Numbered from the stretch's first letter, positions 1 to 8,882 are shown. The stretch: 24,000 bases of DNA from Tepidanaerobacteraceae bacterium (GCA_050949705.1 JBMNGG010000005.1:83819-107818); one strand, 5' to 3'. Notes: generated from the letters alone by a model not told the origin. Program-made: numbers and translations.

Positions 1-1713
1 CAGTTCCACCCGCAGACCTGCTTCTTGTAAACTCTTTTTAACCTGTAGAGCGTAATCCATGTGTTTCTCACTAATAGGCAATATTCTCGCCTGAACAGGA
101 GCTAACCAAACTGGAAAAGCACCGGCATAATGCTCTATAAGTATGCCAATAAAGCGTTCAATACTTCCAAAAATAACTCGATGTATCATTACTGGACGAT
201 GCTTTTCACCATCAGCACCAATATAAGTCAAGTCAAAACGTTCAGGCATCTGGAAATCCAACTGGATAGTGCCACATTGCCATGTTCTACCAATGCTATC
301 TTTTAAATGAAAATCTATTTTAGGACCGTAAAATGCTCCATCACCTTCATTGACTTTATACGGCATACCCTTCTTCTCAAGAGCCTTTTTAAGTGCATCT
401 GTAGCCTCATCCCATAACTCATCAGAACCCATGGAATCTTCTGGTCTCGTAGATAATTCCACATTATATTCAAATCCGAATACCTTGTAAAAATAGTCAA
501 CTAAGTCTATTACACCTATTATTTCATCTTCTATCTGTGAAGGCATCATAAAGATATGAGCATCGTCCTGTGTAAAACATCTTACTCTCATAAGACCATG
601 TAATACACCAGATAATTCATGCCTATGAACAAGACCTAATTCTCCTAATCTTATGGGTAGTTCTCTATAACTATGTGCATCTGTTTTATACATAAGTATG
701 CCACCAGGACAGTTCATTGGCTTTACTGCAAAGTCCGATTCGTCAATCTTCGTAAAATACATATTTTCTTTGTAATGTTCCCAGTGGCCTGATCTGCGCC
801 AGAGTTCCTCATTTAGGATTATAGGTGTTTTAATTTCTTGATAACCTCTTTTTACATGTTCACGACGCCAAAAATCTGTTAGCAGATTCCACAGCACCAT
901 ACCCTTTGGATGAAAGAAGGGAAATCCCGGGCCTTCCTCGTGTATACTGAAAAGATCTAATTCTTTGCCCAGCCTTCTATGGTCTCGCTTCTTTGCTTCT
1001 TCCATCCTGGTAATATATTCATCAAGCATAGACTTTTTAGGAAAAGAAATACCATAAATCCTCTGGAGCATTTTATTATGCTCATCACCTCTCCAGTAAG
1101 CCCCTGCTAGACTTGTTAGCTTAATTGCCTTAATTCTGCCTACTGAAGGAATATGAGGACCAGCACAAAGGTCTTTAAACTCACCTTGTTGATAAAAGCT
1201 GATTGGAGCTTCTTCAGGTAATTCTTCAACTAGTTCCACCTTGTAAAGTTCATCTATATCTTTAAGATTCTTTAAGGCATCTTCTCTAGGAACATCTTCC
1301 CGAGTAAAAGAATAATCCTCAGCAATAATTTTAGCCATTTCCTTCTCTATGGCTTCAAGGTCTGTAGAAGAAAAACTGACTTCCCTGTCAAAATCATAAT
1401 AAAAGCCTTCTTCTATAGCAGGCCCTATGGCAAGTTTTACTTCAGGAAATAATCGTTTTACAGCCTGTGCCATTACATGTGACGAGCTGTGCCAAAATAC
1501 TTTACGCCCTTCTTCATCATCAAATGTAAGTATTTCAACATGACAATCACTATCTATTTTAGAACTCAAATCAGTAATAACACCATCAACTTTAGCCGCC
1601 AAAGCTTCTTTAGCCAGTTTTCTGCTAATGTCTTTGGCTATTTCAAGCAATGTAATACCTTTTGGATACAGTTTTTCTACTCCACCTTTTAAACTAATTT
1701 TTACTTGCTCCAT
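1..1713 (-). CDS. thrS: Threonyl-tRNA synthetase, N-terminal ~570 aa. The 3' end runs off the window, so it is missing from the ORF track.
   Basis: Manual minus-strand translation from ATG (1713..1711) stays open to position 1. It reads MEQVKISLKGGVEKLYPKGITLLEIAKDISRKLAKEALAAKVDG...SSSHVMAQAVKRLFP...RDHRRLGKELDLF...MNCPGGILMY...RVRCFTQDDAHIF...SLQEAGLRVEL, which is typical ThrRS. RBS AAAGGAAGGG lies upstream, and a Thr-specific T-box leader lies just upstream of that. Confidence 0.95.
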   Translation of the reverse strand, partial: MEQVKISLKGGVEKLYPKGITLLEIAKDISRKLAKEALAAKVDGVITDLSSKIDSDCHVEILTFDDEEGRKVFWHSSSHVMAQAVKRLFPEVKLAIGPAIEEGFYYDFDREVSFSSTDLEAIEKEMAKIIAEDYSFTREDVPREDALKNLKDIDELYKVELVEELPEEAPISFYQQGEFKDLCAGPHIPSVGRIKAIKLTSLAGAYWRGDEHNKMLQRIYGISFPKKSMLDEYITRMEEAKKRDHRRLGKELDLFSIHEEGPGFPFFHPKGMVLWNLLTDFWRREHVKRGYQEIKTPIILNEELWRRSGHWEHYKENMYFTKIDESDFAVKPMNCPGGILMYKTDAHSYRELPIRLGELGLVHRHELSGVLHGLMRVRCFTQDDAHIFMMPSQIEDEIIGVIDLVDYFYKVFGFEYNVELSTRPEDSMGSDELWDEATDALKKALEKKGMPYKVNEGDGAFYGPKIDFHLKDSIGRTWQCGTIQLDFQMPERFDLTYIGADGEKHRPVMIHRVIFGSIERFIGILIEHYAGAFPVWLAPVQARILPISEKHMDYALQVKKSLQEAGLRVEL

Positions 1714-1764
1714 ATTATCCCTTCCTTTTAGTTTTGATAAAAATACTTTTATTCATCCGTTTTA

Positions 1765-1965
1765 TAAAAATAAACCTCGCATCCCTAAAGGGACGAGAGG
1801 TTTTCCCGTGGTTCCACCCTAATTTGAACTCATTAGTAATAAGGGTAACTACCCAAAAAACTCCGAGGTGGTCTTCGGCTTACTATTCTCAAGGCCTTCT
1901 CAGCTACCAGCCTCTCTCTTAGAGAAACCATAAGCTTACTCTTCTCTTCATAGTTTCACATAATT
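1765..1965 (-). promoter_or_regulatory. T-box leader (Thr specifier ACC) with intrinsic terminator, controlling thrS
   Basis: The minus strand has an AGAGA box and a specifier-loop-like CCGAAGACCACCTCGG (ACC followed by A). The conserved T-box core is AAUUAGGGUGGAACCACGGG (plus-strand 1807-1820 cgtggttccaccct). A terminator stem follows (1775-1785 / 1790-1800), then AUUUUUAUAAA. Confidence 0.85.
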
Positions 1966-1977
1966 AAAATTTTATTT

Positions 1978-2007
1978 ATTATAATTCTTATTAGCACCTT
2001 CTGTCAA
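1978..2007 (-). promoter_or_regulatory. Sigma-A type promoter for the thrS leader
   Basis: Minus strand TTGACA (2007..2002), 18-nt spacer, TATAAT (1983..1978). Both hexamers match consensus. Confidence 0.55.
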
Positions 2008-2040
2008 GTGCATGAGCTGGACAACTTTTATAATAGCATT

Positions 2041-2655
2041 TTATTGTTTCATAAGAAAAAAAGTAAAAACAGCTTGTACAATGCCAATCAAAAAACCTAT
2101 TACACCACCTAGTATTTCTATATGTTTTAATTCTCGTTTTGAAAGCATTATTATCAAATCTTCCAATTCCACAAGATCAAAGGAATTGATTTTTTGTTCT
2201 ACTATATCTTTTAATCGTAATTGTTCCTTTGCTTTCTTTGCTAAAACGGTTTTTAACTCATCGAAAATCTCATTTCCATGTCGGTCTATCATGTCACCCA
2301 AATAGTTAGCTATGTATTCATTCAAGCTTGATGGTATAAATCCAGGCAGCTTTTCATATGTTTTTTTAACTACAGCATGCTTTATATATTTAATAGTCTC
2401 TGCTTTTGTTTTCTCGGAAGCTAAAGCTTCAATGATTTCCTCAGGGGAAACTAAATCCTGTTCCAAAGCTTCACCAATATTTCTAGCAATTTCAAACCTT
2501 CTTTTGGGAATCAATCCTTGTATTTCAAGACCCAACACGGGTATTTTAATAGGTTTTAGTGGTCGAAAAATTAGTTTTATCGCAAGTAAGTTGGTTCCCC
2601 AACCAATGAATCCCCCAATAAAAGGCATCGATATTAAATGGATATATGTATTCAT
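2041..2655 (-). CDS. DUF445-family (YheB/UPF0754-like) membrane protein
   Basis: 204-aa ORF. The N-terminal signature GGFIGWGTNLLAIKLIFRPLKPIKIPVLGLEIQGLIPKRRFEIARNIGEALEQDL matches my recollection of the DUF445 hallmark (TN..A.KMLFRP....G.IPKR). It has a C-terminal TM helix, and GGTGA sits 8 nt upstream of the ATG. Confidence 0.8.
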   Translation of the reverse strand: MNTYIHLISMPFIGGFIGWGTNLLAIKLIFRPLKPIKIPVLGLEIQGLIPKRRFEIARNIGEALEQDLVSPEEIIEALASEKTKAETIKYIKHAVVKKTYEKLPGFIPSSLNEYIANYLGDMIDRHGNEIFDELKTVLAKKAKEQLRLKDIVEQKINSFDLVELEDLIIMLSKRELKHIEILGGVIGFLIGIVQAVFTFFLMKQ

Positions 2656-2730
2656 AAATTTATCACCATTTTATCTTAGCTGCATTTTTTATAATTATCT
2701 TGCTCTTTCCCATAATAACACACTTAATAT

Positions 2731-2754
2731 TTAAAAAGAAGGGTTTAACCCTTC
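2731..2754 (-). terminator. Intrinsic terminator after ytxC
   Basis: On the minus strand, GAAGGG-uuaaa-CCCUUC (2754..2738) is followed by UUUUUAAAU. The stem overlaps the ytxC TGA stop. Confidence 0.6.
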
Positions 2755-3670
2755 ATTTTTTAGTAAATGGATTAGATTTTATACATATATCACAGTTATG
2801 ACAAAAGTCTATCCTGCCTTCGAAAATATTATAAAGAGTATTTACAACCTCTGTTTTGTCCTTTCCACTAAAACCGTGGATAATTATTCGCCTCGGTGCT
2901 ATATTTATTAAAGTACTAACTACGATATCGTCCATATTGACTTCAGGATTTTCCTTGGCAATTAAATCAATAGTTGTATCATTTTCTATATATTTACAAT
3001 CCTCGTCTATCAAAACTATTTGTGTTTTATGAAATACAATATTAACCACATCTCTTTTAGGCTCTTGTAAATCAACAAAGTGACGTAGTAATTTAATAAA
3101 TTCTCTATACTCCTTATCCATAAGGTATTCATCGATTGCTTTGTCTACTGACTCTTCAAGCTGTTCTATATAGTCTTTCAAACGAAAATTAACAAAACCA
3201 TCAATGATTATAGTGCTATTTTTGAAAAGATATTCCAAAATTTTATGTAAAACCAAAGCCTTCCGCCTTATCTGATATGATAAGTCGTGTTTACCACTTA
3301 ATTCATTGTAATTTAACATATTTAACGCAAAGTCATATATCTTTATTTGCTCAGCTTTATTGAAATAAAAATAATTGTCCTTAATAATTCTTTTTATAAG
3401 TTTAGGTTCCCAATAGTTTATTATTATATCCGAAAGAGCATTTGCCACACAACTAAAATATGCCTTTCTTGATTCATTAAAATTGTTTTCTTTTAGTAAT
3501 ACTTCATCATCTACATAACAATAATAGTATACTGCATTACCTTTGTGATGCTTTTTTAATGTGGCTTGTAAGCCTTCTTCCTTTAATAAATCGAATTCCA
3601 ATTTTAATCTATTTTCAAAACCTTCGATGGGCTGAATATATCCTATGGTCAGTAACTTCAACGGAACCAC
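2753..3670 (-). CDS. ytxC: Putative sporulation protein YtxC
   Basis: 305-aa ORF. The central motif IDEYLMDKEYREFIKLLRHFVDLQ resembles the YtxC-like family as I recall it. Its position upstream of thrS matches the Bacillus ytxC-thrS arrangement. The start is uncertain: GTG 3670 abuts the RBS, and TTG 3661 has better spacing. Confidence 0.7.
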   Translation of the reverse strand: MVPLKLLTIGYIQPIEGFENRLKLEFDLLKEEGLQATLKKHHKGNAVYYYCYVDDEVLLKENNFNESRKAYFSCVANALSDIIINYWEPKLIKRIIKDNYFYFNKAEQIKIYDFALNMLNYNELSGKHDLSYQIRRKALVLHKILEYLFKNSTIIIDGFVNFRLKDYIEQLEESVDKAIDEYLMDKEYREFIKLLRHFVDLQEPKRDVVNIVFHKTQIVLIDEDCKYIENDTTIDLIAKENPEVNMDDIVVSTLINIAPRRIIIHGFSGKDKTEVVNTLYNIFEGRIDFCHNCDICIKSNPFTKK

Positions 3671-3785
3671 TCCTTTCCTTTGTAATACATATTATATGTT
3701 TGTGGCTTATACCATATACAATAAAACAAAGGTAGTAGTTCCAGTAAATGCGTTCTCAATTTTCTGAATAATATTCGCATAAAAA

Positions 3786-3860
3786 TGGTGGGCGCTGTAA
3801 GGATTGAACTTACGACCCCTTCCGCGTCAAGGAAGTGCTCTCCCACTGAGCTAAGCGCCC
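3786..3860 (-). tRNA. tRNA-Val (anticodon GAC)
   Basis: Reverse complement is GGGCGCTTAGCTCAGTGGGAGAGCACTTCCTTGACGCGGAAGGGGTCGTAAGTTCAATCCTTACAGCGCCCACCA. It forms a cloverleaf with anticodon loop TTGACGC, a GTTCAAT T-loop and an encoded CCA. Confidence 0.95.
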
Positions 3861-3933
3861 ACATTGCTACTGTTGGGACTAACATGGTCCCAAAATATGA
3901 TTTTAAATTAGCCGAAAGCTAACTGCAGTAGAT

Positions 3934-3963
3934 ATTATAGCATTAGATTGAATTCAATGTCAA
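3934..3963 (-). promoter_or_regulatory. Promoter for tRNA-Val
   Basis: Minus strand TTGACA (3963..3958), 18-nt spacer ending in TGc, TATAAT (3939..3934). This is an extended -10 form. Confidence 0.6.
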
Positions 3964-3985
3964 GGGCTGTTTTTGCAAAAATGTA

Positions 3986-5584
3986 TTATGTAATATCCAA
4001 GAGCAGAATACCAAGCTGAAGTTGTAAACAAAGGCTATGGTTATCCAAGTTTGCCTGTAATATTTCTTCGATTTTTCTGAGACGATACAAAACCGTATTG
4101 CGATGTAAAAATAAATCATCCGCAGTTCGACTGAGGTTTTTATAGTTTCGTAGATATGTTGAAAGTGTCTTGACATAATCTGTGTCGTTATTTTTGTCAT
4201 ACTCAACTAGTTTTTGAAGTCCGGGATGAACTCGATAATCACTTCTAACATTTACAAGCAGATCATATACCGCTAGGTCTTCATAATAATGGACAACTCC
4301 GGGTCTCTCTATACTACTGGCCAGTAGCAAAGCCTTTTGAGCCTCTTTAAAGCTTAACGAAATTTCTGTCAAGGTTTTATATGACCGTCCTATTCCTAAA
4401 CACAGATAATGCAGGATACAAAAATTTTTAAGGGCAGGAAGCACTCCTTTAAGCATATCTTGACTATTTCCTGTGGCGAGGATAACTATATAATTTGTTG
4501 AAAAGCCAATCTTTGAAGCCGGAAGGTGTCTTAGAATAATAGATTGAGCACTATCGTAATACTCGCCGCCAATAGGCCGATTTTCTCTATTACCAATTAG
4601 TACTACCTGGAAGTATTCTCCCAAAATCCAATCCAAAGATTTTACACGGTTTTTCGCAATGGCTTCGCTGCCAATATTACCTTTAACTAAATCTCCTAAA
4701 AGTTCCTGTCCTAGATGACCTCGGGCTTTAGAAATAGCATCAGATTTAGCAAATTCTAAAGCAATAATAGAGGAAACAAATTTTAATATTTCCTGATCTA
4801 CAGGTGTAATAGTCTTTTCATACTCCAAAAGAGCGATATATCCCTTTAGCTGTTCCCCTATTCGTATTTCTGTGACTAATCGCCGTATATACTTTGAAAA
4901 CTGGCCCTTTGTTAGAAATAAAGGGGAAGCTTCTATTTCCAGCTGCTTTTCAAAGCCTTCATGTCTTAATATTTTCACAATATCTATTGGGCAATATCCA
5001 CTTTCAACAATTGCCTTCCATATAGGGTCATTCACTTCTCCTGCACTAGAATAACCCAAAAGATCATAGCTTTCGTCTGTTACAACCACGGGGTTGCCCA
5101 AAATTTCGGCAGCCTTTTTTATCATTCGTGGAATACCAAAATCTAGAGTTGAAAGGTGGACCAGCTCTAAATAATGATTTTGAATGTTTTCTTCCATTTG
5201 CCTCATATGTTCTTTATAAAATTTCATGATCTTATTCACGGCAAAAATGGGGGATATATCTTCACCTAAACAACATAAAGTTAAATTGTATTTGCTGCAC
5301 AATTCATAAATCTTAGTTGTCTTAATCTCTTTATCGGGGCCTGTTAAGAATAATGAATCAACTTTGCCATCCTTAGCTAGACTTTCAAAGTAATCCAAAA
5401 CCAGGTCAGAGTCAAACAAATCTATGGGGGAAACAATTAGGGCATGGCTTAAGTCTATTTTCGTTAGGTCTTCATAGGTCACAACTAAACAAACCTGGTT
5501 TAGCTCAAATTCCAAAACTGCTTCTCCTAAGATAATTGATTCCCTAGGCAGAGAAAGGTCATTAATTATATGATTTAATAGCAT
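3986..5584 (-). CDS. PucR/CdaR-family transcriptional regulator
   Basis: 532-aa ORF. The C-terminal HTH LSRTADDLFLHRNTVLYRLRKIEEIL is the PucR C-terminal helix-turn-helix signature. It has a long N-terminal sensor-like region. RBS AAGGAGGG lies upstream. It is divergent from the flavoenzyme gene. Confidence 0.85.
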   Translation of the reverse strand: MLLNHIINDLSLPRESIILGEAVLEFELNQVCLVVTYEDLTKIDLSHALIVSPIDLFDSDLVLDYFESLAKDGKVDSLFLTGPDKEIKTTKIYELCSKYNLTLCCLGEDISPIFAVNKIMKFYKEHMRQMEENIQNHYLELVHLSTLDFGIPRMIKKAAEILGNPVVVTDESYDLLGYSSAGEVNDPIWKAIVESGYCPIDIVKILRHEGFEKQLEIEASPLFLTKGQFSKYIRRLVTEIRIGEQLKGYIALLEYEKTITPVDQEILKFVSSIIALEFAKSDAISKARGHLGQELLGDLVKGNIGSEAIAKNRVKSLDWILGEYFQVVLIGNRENRPIGGEYYDSAQSIILRHLPASKIGFSTNYIVILATGNSQDMLKGVLPALKNFCILHYLCLGIGRSYKTLTEISLSFKEAQKALLLASSIERPGVVHYYEDLAVYDLLVNVRSDYRVHPGLQKLVEYDKNNDTDYVKTLSTYLRNYKNLSRTADDLFLHRNTVLYRLRKIEEILQANLDNHSLCLQLQLGILLLDIT

Positions 5585-5769
5585 AAAGAACAGACCCTCC
5601 TTTATTAAAAAATATTATATCCTGGAAAAATCTTTAAGACCAAAGTAATTATACAATCATCACAATAAATATAGTGTAAAAACTATAATTTGCACAAAAG
5701 ACTTTATTCTTATTATATCGAATTATGTTAATATATAAAAGAACAAACTTTTAAAAAGGAGGGATTTCA

Positions 5770-7695
5770 ATGGCAATTTACCCAAATATTTTTAAACCCA
5801 TAAAGATTGGAACAATGGAAGTTAAAAATAGGATATTCTTAGCTCCTATGGGAACCGCCTTTGGCGAACACAAGGTGCACAAGCCTACTGAAAGGATGGC
5901 AGCCTATTATGCTGCTCGGGCTGCAGGAGGGACAGGCCTTATCATAGTTGAACAATCAGTGGTACAACAACGAGGTCTGTGGTCCCTAAATGGTGGCGGT
6001 CTTTGGTCTGACGACTTTATACCTGGTTGGAAGAAACTTGTGGACCGGGTACATGACGCAGGAGGCAAGATTATCATACAGGTAGGTCACTTAGGCCGTT
6101 CTACAATCGAGGCCTTCAATGGTGGACTAAAGCCTGTAGCTCCATCAGCCGTTCCCGATCATTATCTTGACAATGAAGTAGATGAACTTACTTTAGAAGA
6201 TATTGAGGAATTCAAGAGAGATTTTGTTGAAGCAACAATACGCTGCAAAAAAGCAGGATTTGACGGCATAGAAATTCACTGTACACATGGATATATGTTA
6301 GCTTCCTTTTTGTCTGGACGTACAAATAAGCGCACTGATAAATACGGGGGAACTTTAGAAGGAAGGCTGCGCTTACCTCTCGAAATAATACAGTTGGTAA
6401 GGCGAGAACTAGGTCGAGACTATCCTATAATTGCTCGACTAGCGGCTCATGAGGAAAACGGAGGACGCACCCTAGAGGAAACCCGGGTTGTGGCCAAGGC
6501 CTTAGTTGAAGCCGGATTGGATGGCTTAGATATTTCATCCGGCTCTTATTCAGAACTTGATTGGGAAATTCCACCCTCCTATTTTGGTTATGCTATGAAC
6601 ATGGATAACATCGAAAAAATCAAGCAGTCTGTCGATGTTCCAATTTTAGCAAGTGGCAGGATTACAGAGCCCAGACTAGCCGAACAGCTAATAGCTGAAG
6701 GCAGGTGTGACATGGTAGGCATCAACCGCGCAGGTATAGCCGATCCTGAATGGGGCAAAAAAGCCGGAGCCGGTGATACGGAAAGCATTCGCCGCTGTAT
6801 CGGGTGTGTGCGCTGTATAGATGCGGTATTTTCCGGAGCTCTTAGATGCACCGTTAACCCCTTTGTGGGTAAAGAAGACGAAATTAAGATTACTCCTGCA
6901 GAAGAAAAGAAAAACATATTGGTAGTTGGCGGAGGACCTGTGGGTCTAGAAAGCGCCATCCTGTGCGCCCGCCGGGGTCATAAAGTCACCCTTGTTGAAA
7001 AGAACTACAAACTTGGTGGCCAAGTCAACTCTGCCGCAGTTCCACCACACAAATATGAAGTTGGCAGCCTGATCACTACTCAGACTTATGAAGCTGAGAA
7101 GCTGGGAGTTGATATCATTACAGGTGTCAATGTGGATGTAGACTTTGTTAAAAATAGCGATGCTGACGAAGTGATTGTTGCTACCGGTGCGAAACACATT
7201 ATCCCCAATATCCCCGGCATTGATAAGCCAATGGTGATGACAGCAGTTGATCTATTGGAAGGCAAGAAGCACGCAGGCAATAGAGTGGTCATCATTGGAG
7301 GCAATATGATAGGTTGTGAAACAGCAGAGTTCTTAGCAGAATACGGAAAAAATATCTTCATTCTTGAAATGCTCAGTGAAATTGGTCAAAATTTGGCTTT
7401 AGTTCCAAAACCCTATGTTCTTTCAAAACTGAACAGATTAGGAGTAGAGATTTATACAGAAGCCGAAGTCACTTCAATAGAAGATGATAAAGTAATTTAT
7501 GAAAAAGAAGGAAATGAATATACTATAGAATCTGTGGATACGGTTGTTCTTGCAGCTGGCATGGAAAGTGTAAATGAACTTGCCGAAGAACTAAAATCAT
7601 TGGACAAGCCAATCCATGTAGTTGGTGATGCAGATAACGTAGATATAATTATGGAAGGTTTAGCCAGTGTTTATGACAAGCTTCTAGATATCTAA
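5770..7695 (+). CDS. FMN/FAD/[4Fe-4S] oxidoreductase of the 2-enoate reductase / 2,4-dienoyl-CoA reductase family
   Basis: 641-aa ORF with three parts. First is an N-terminal Old-Yellow-Enzyme-like TIM barrel (NRIFLAPMGT..., HCTHGYMLASFLS). Next is a Cys cluster, RRCIGCVRCIDAVFSGALRCTVNP. Last is a C-terminal Rossmann motif, VVGGGPVGLESA. RBS AAAGGAGGG sits 7 nt upstream of the ATG. Confidence 0.85.
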   Translation: MAIYPNIFKPIKIGTMEVKNRIFLAPMGTAFGEHKVHKPTERMAAYYAARAAGGTGLIIVEQSVVQQRGLWSLNGGGLWSDDFIPGWKKLVDRVHDAGGKIIIQVGHLGRSTIEAFNGGLKPVAPSAVPDHYLDNEVDELTLEDIEEFKRDFVEATIRCKKAGFDGIEIHCTHGYMLASFLSGRTNKRTDKYGGTLEGRLRLPLEIIQLVRRELGRDYPIIARLAAHEENGGRTLEETRVVAKALVEAGLDGLDISSGSYSELDWEIPPSYFGYAMNMDNIEKIKQSVDVPILASGRITEPRLAEQLIAEGRCDMVGINRAGIADPEWGKKAGAGDTESIRRCIGCVRCIDAVFSGALRCTVNPFVGKEDEIKITPAEEKKNILVVGGGPVGLESAILCARRGHKVTLVEKNYKLGGQVNSAAVPPHKYEVGSLITTQTYEAEKLGVDIITGVNVDVDFVKNSDADEVIVATGAKHIIPNIPGIDKPMVMTAVDLLEGKKHAGNRVVIIGGNMIGCETAEFLAEYGKNIFILEMLSEIGQNLALVPKPYVLSKLNRLGVEIYTEAEVTSIEDDKVIYEKEGNEYTIESVDTVVLAAGMESVNELAEELKSLDKPIHVVGDADNVDIIMEGLASVYDKLLDI

Positions 7696-7720
7696 AATAA
7701 GAAGATACATTAATTTTCGA

Positions 7721-7771
7721 CTAACCCCCGGGAATCATATATATAGCAAACTATATGTTCCCGGGGGTTAG
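7721..7771 (+). terminator. Long hairpin terminator after the oxidoreductase gene
   Basis: CTAACCCCCGGGAA (7721-7734) pairs with TTCCCGGGGGTTAG (7758-7771). An inner pair CATATA/TATATG adds to the stem. TTGTTTATATT follows. Confidence 0.75.
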
Positions 7772-7900
7772 TTGTTTATATTCAACTGGTAGTTACTGCC
7801 CAATTTTTTTAAATTTGCTATTTCAATCTTCTTATAAAATTATGGCCTAAGGATACTTTATTTTTACCCTTTATAACTTTCCCAAATCGCCCGTTTATTG

Positions 7901-7928
7901 TTGACAAATACAACTGAATATATAGAAT
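7901..7928 (+). promoter_or_regulatory. Candidate promoter for the small glycine-zipper ORF
   Basis: TTGACA (7901-7906), 16-nt spacer, TAGAAT (7923-7928). Confidence 0.45.
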
Positions 7929-8066
7929 TTCCCTTTAGTTAATTTACAAACTATTTATGAGTCTTTTCTTTCTGAACACTTCTACTATAACTTAAGCATT
8001 ACTATTTAGATACAGTATTAATGAAAATCATAAAAAGGGTCATAATATTATTAAGGAGGCGATTTG

Positions 8067-8234
8067 ATGAATAAGGCTAAAACCACTAGCTGGGTAGTAA
8101 CCGGTATCGGGGCTGTTGTAACTGGTGCCGGATATCTGATTGGAGGAAATATTGGTACAGGTATAACAGGTTTTGGTTTAGCCCACGTGGTCCTCGGAAC
8201 TTTGGATATGTTTAGACCGAGCATTAAAGAGTAG
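8067..8234 (+). CDS. Small (55 aa) glycine-zipper membrane protein, below the ORF-track length cutoff
   Basis: AAGGAGG lies 6-7 nt upstream of ATG 8067. Translation is MNKAKTTSWVVTGIGAVVTGAGYLIGGNIGTGITGFGLAHVVLGTLDMFRPSIKE, ending at TAG 8232-8234. It has repeated GxxxG-type spacing and a hairpin just downstream. Confidence 0.6.
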   Translation: MNKAKTTSWVVTGIGAVVTGAGYLIGGNIGTGITGFGLAHVVLGTLDMFRPSIKE

Positions 8235-8260
8235 TCTTAGCCTCCCCTTTGACAAACTAG

Positions 8261-8281
8261 CCCCGGGTAACTTCCCCGGGG
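8261..8281. terminator. GC hairpin between convergent genes; possible shared terminator
   Basis: CCCCGGG (8261-8267), loop taacttc, CCCGGGG (8275-8281). It lacks a clean U-tract on either strand. Confidence 0.45.
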
Positions 8282-8350
8282 TGTAATAATGCGATCAATA
8301 ACTATATATAAGTTTTTGACATCCTTGTTTACCACTATAAAATAAATTAC

Positions 8351-8662
8351 TCACTCAGTTATATGTTTTTCCACAATTTCTCTAGATTTATCGATTGCTT
8401 TAAGTAGCTGTAATTCAGGCTTTTCATAAGGATTTAACCATCCTTTATTTATAGCCATTTGCATTAACGCAGTATGTTCATTTACTATTTGTGTCAGGTG
8501 TGCACTAAATAGCTGCTTTAACTCAGGCGTTGACGCTTTAAGGGTTGCTAATAGATAAGCACTTGATGCCGATGATCTCATAGTTAAACTGTTATTCGCA
8601 ATTGTTTGATCAGAAAGCTTTGTTATCCTTTGCCCAAGCTTTTCTTTTACAGTTGAAAGCAT
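8351..8662 (-). CDS. Spore coat protein, CotF (Coat_F) domain family
   Basis: 103-aa ORF. LSDQTIANNSL...AYLLATLKASTPELKQLFSAHLTQIVNEHTALMQMAINKGWLNPY matches the recalled Coat_F pattern (..E..NPELR..F........M...GWY). GGAGGT sits 8 nt upstream of the ATG. Confidence 0.75.
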   Translation of the reverse strand: MLSTVKEKLGQRITKLSDQTIANNSLTMRSSASSAYLLATLKASTPELKQLFSAHLTQIVNEHTALMQMAINKGWLNPYEKPELQLLKAIDKSREIVEKHITE

Positions 8663-8663
8663 C

Positions 8664-8882
8664 TTATTGTACCTCCCCTGTACCTAAGACATGATTCTCC
8701 ATTATAAACTGCCTCATCCCTTCTATTCTTGCTTCCGCTGTCATCATACCTGCTTCTTCAGACTTCTTTAAATCACTATCTTCAATCAACATATGGGTCG
8801 CTCTAGCTGTAATAAGCCCTTCCGATTCCATCTTTAACATGTCTGATAACATTAATAGTTCTGCCTCAGATAGTTTTCTCAC
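8664..8882 (-). CDS. Small helical protein co-transcribed with the CotF-like gene; probable coat-associated partner
   Basis: The ORF track starts at ATG 8897, which has no RBS. That ATG-GAGGT instead forms a GGAGGT RBS 7 nt upstream of in-frame GTG 8882, giving VRKLSEAELLMLSDMLKMESEGL... The stop lies 1 nt before the next gene's ATG. Confidence 0.6.
   Translation of the reverse strand: MRKLSEAELLMLSDMLKMESEGLITARATHMLIEDSDLKKSEEAGMMTAEARIEGMRQFIMENHVLGTGEVQ

Noticed and set aside
315-1922. Short ORFs 315..500 (-) plus 1489..1692, 1628..1822 and 1734..1922 (+)
   Set aside because: They are off-frame or antisense within thrS, or they lie across its T-box leader. They have no RBS, and the real gene explains the region.
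3658-4206. ORFs 3658..3885 (-) and 3943..4206 (-)
   Set aside because: The first spans tRNA-Val(GAC) and the ytxC start region. The second overlaps the 3' end of the PucR gene out of frame, plus the tRNA promoter.
6588-7361. Antisense ORFs 6588..6959, 6946..7197 and 7086..7361 within the oxidoreductase gene
   Set aside because: They are opposite-strand shadows of a relatively GC-rich, well-supported CDS. They have no start context, and their composition is dominated by the mirror codons.
5770-7695. The oxidoreductase gene looks more GC-rich than its neighbours, considered as a sign of horizontal transfer
   Set aside because: This was judged by eye on a few lines (about 32% to 57% GC per 60 nt). 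Conserved enzyme genes such as hisF show similar local values. It needs a proper windowed GC and codon-usage calculation before any claim.
7794-7803. The 10-mer actgcccaat, shared between 7794-7803 and the hairpin at 20211-20220 (reverse complement)
   Set aside because: A single shared 10-mer is expected many times by chance across all pairwise positions in 48 kb of two-strand sequence. The match does not extend into the flanks.
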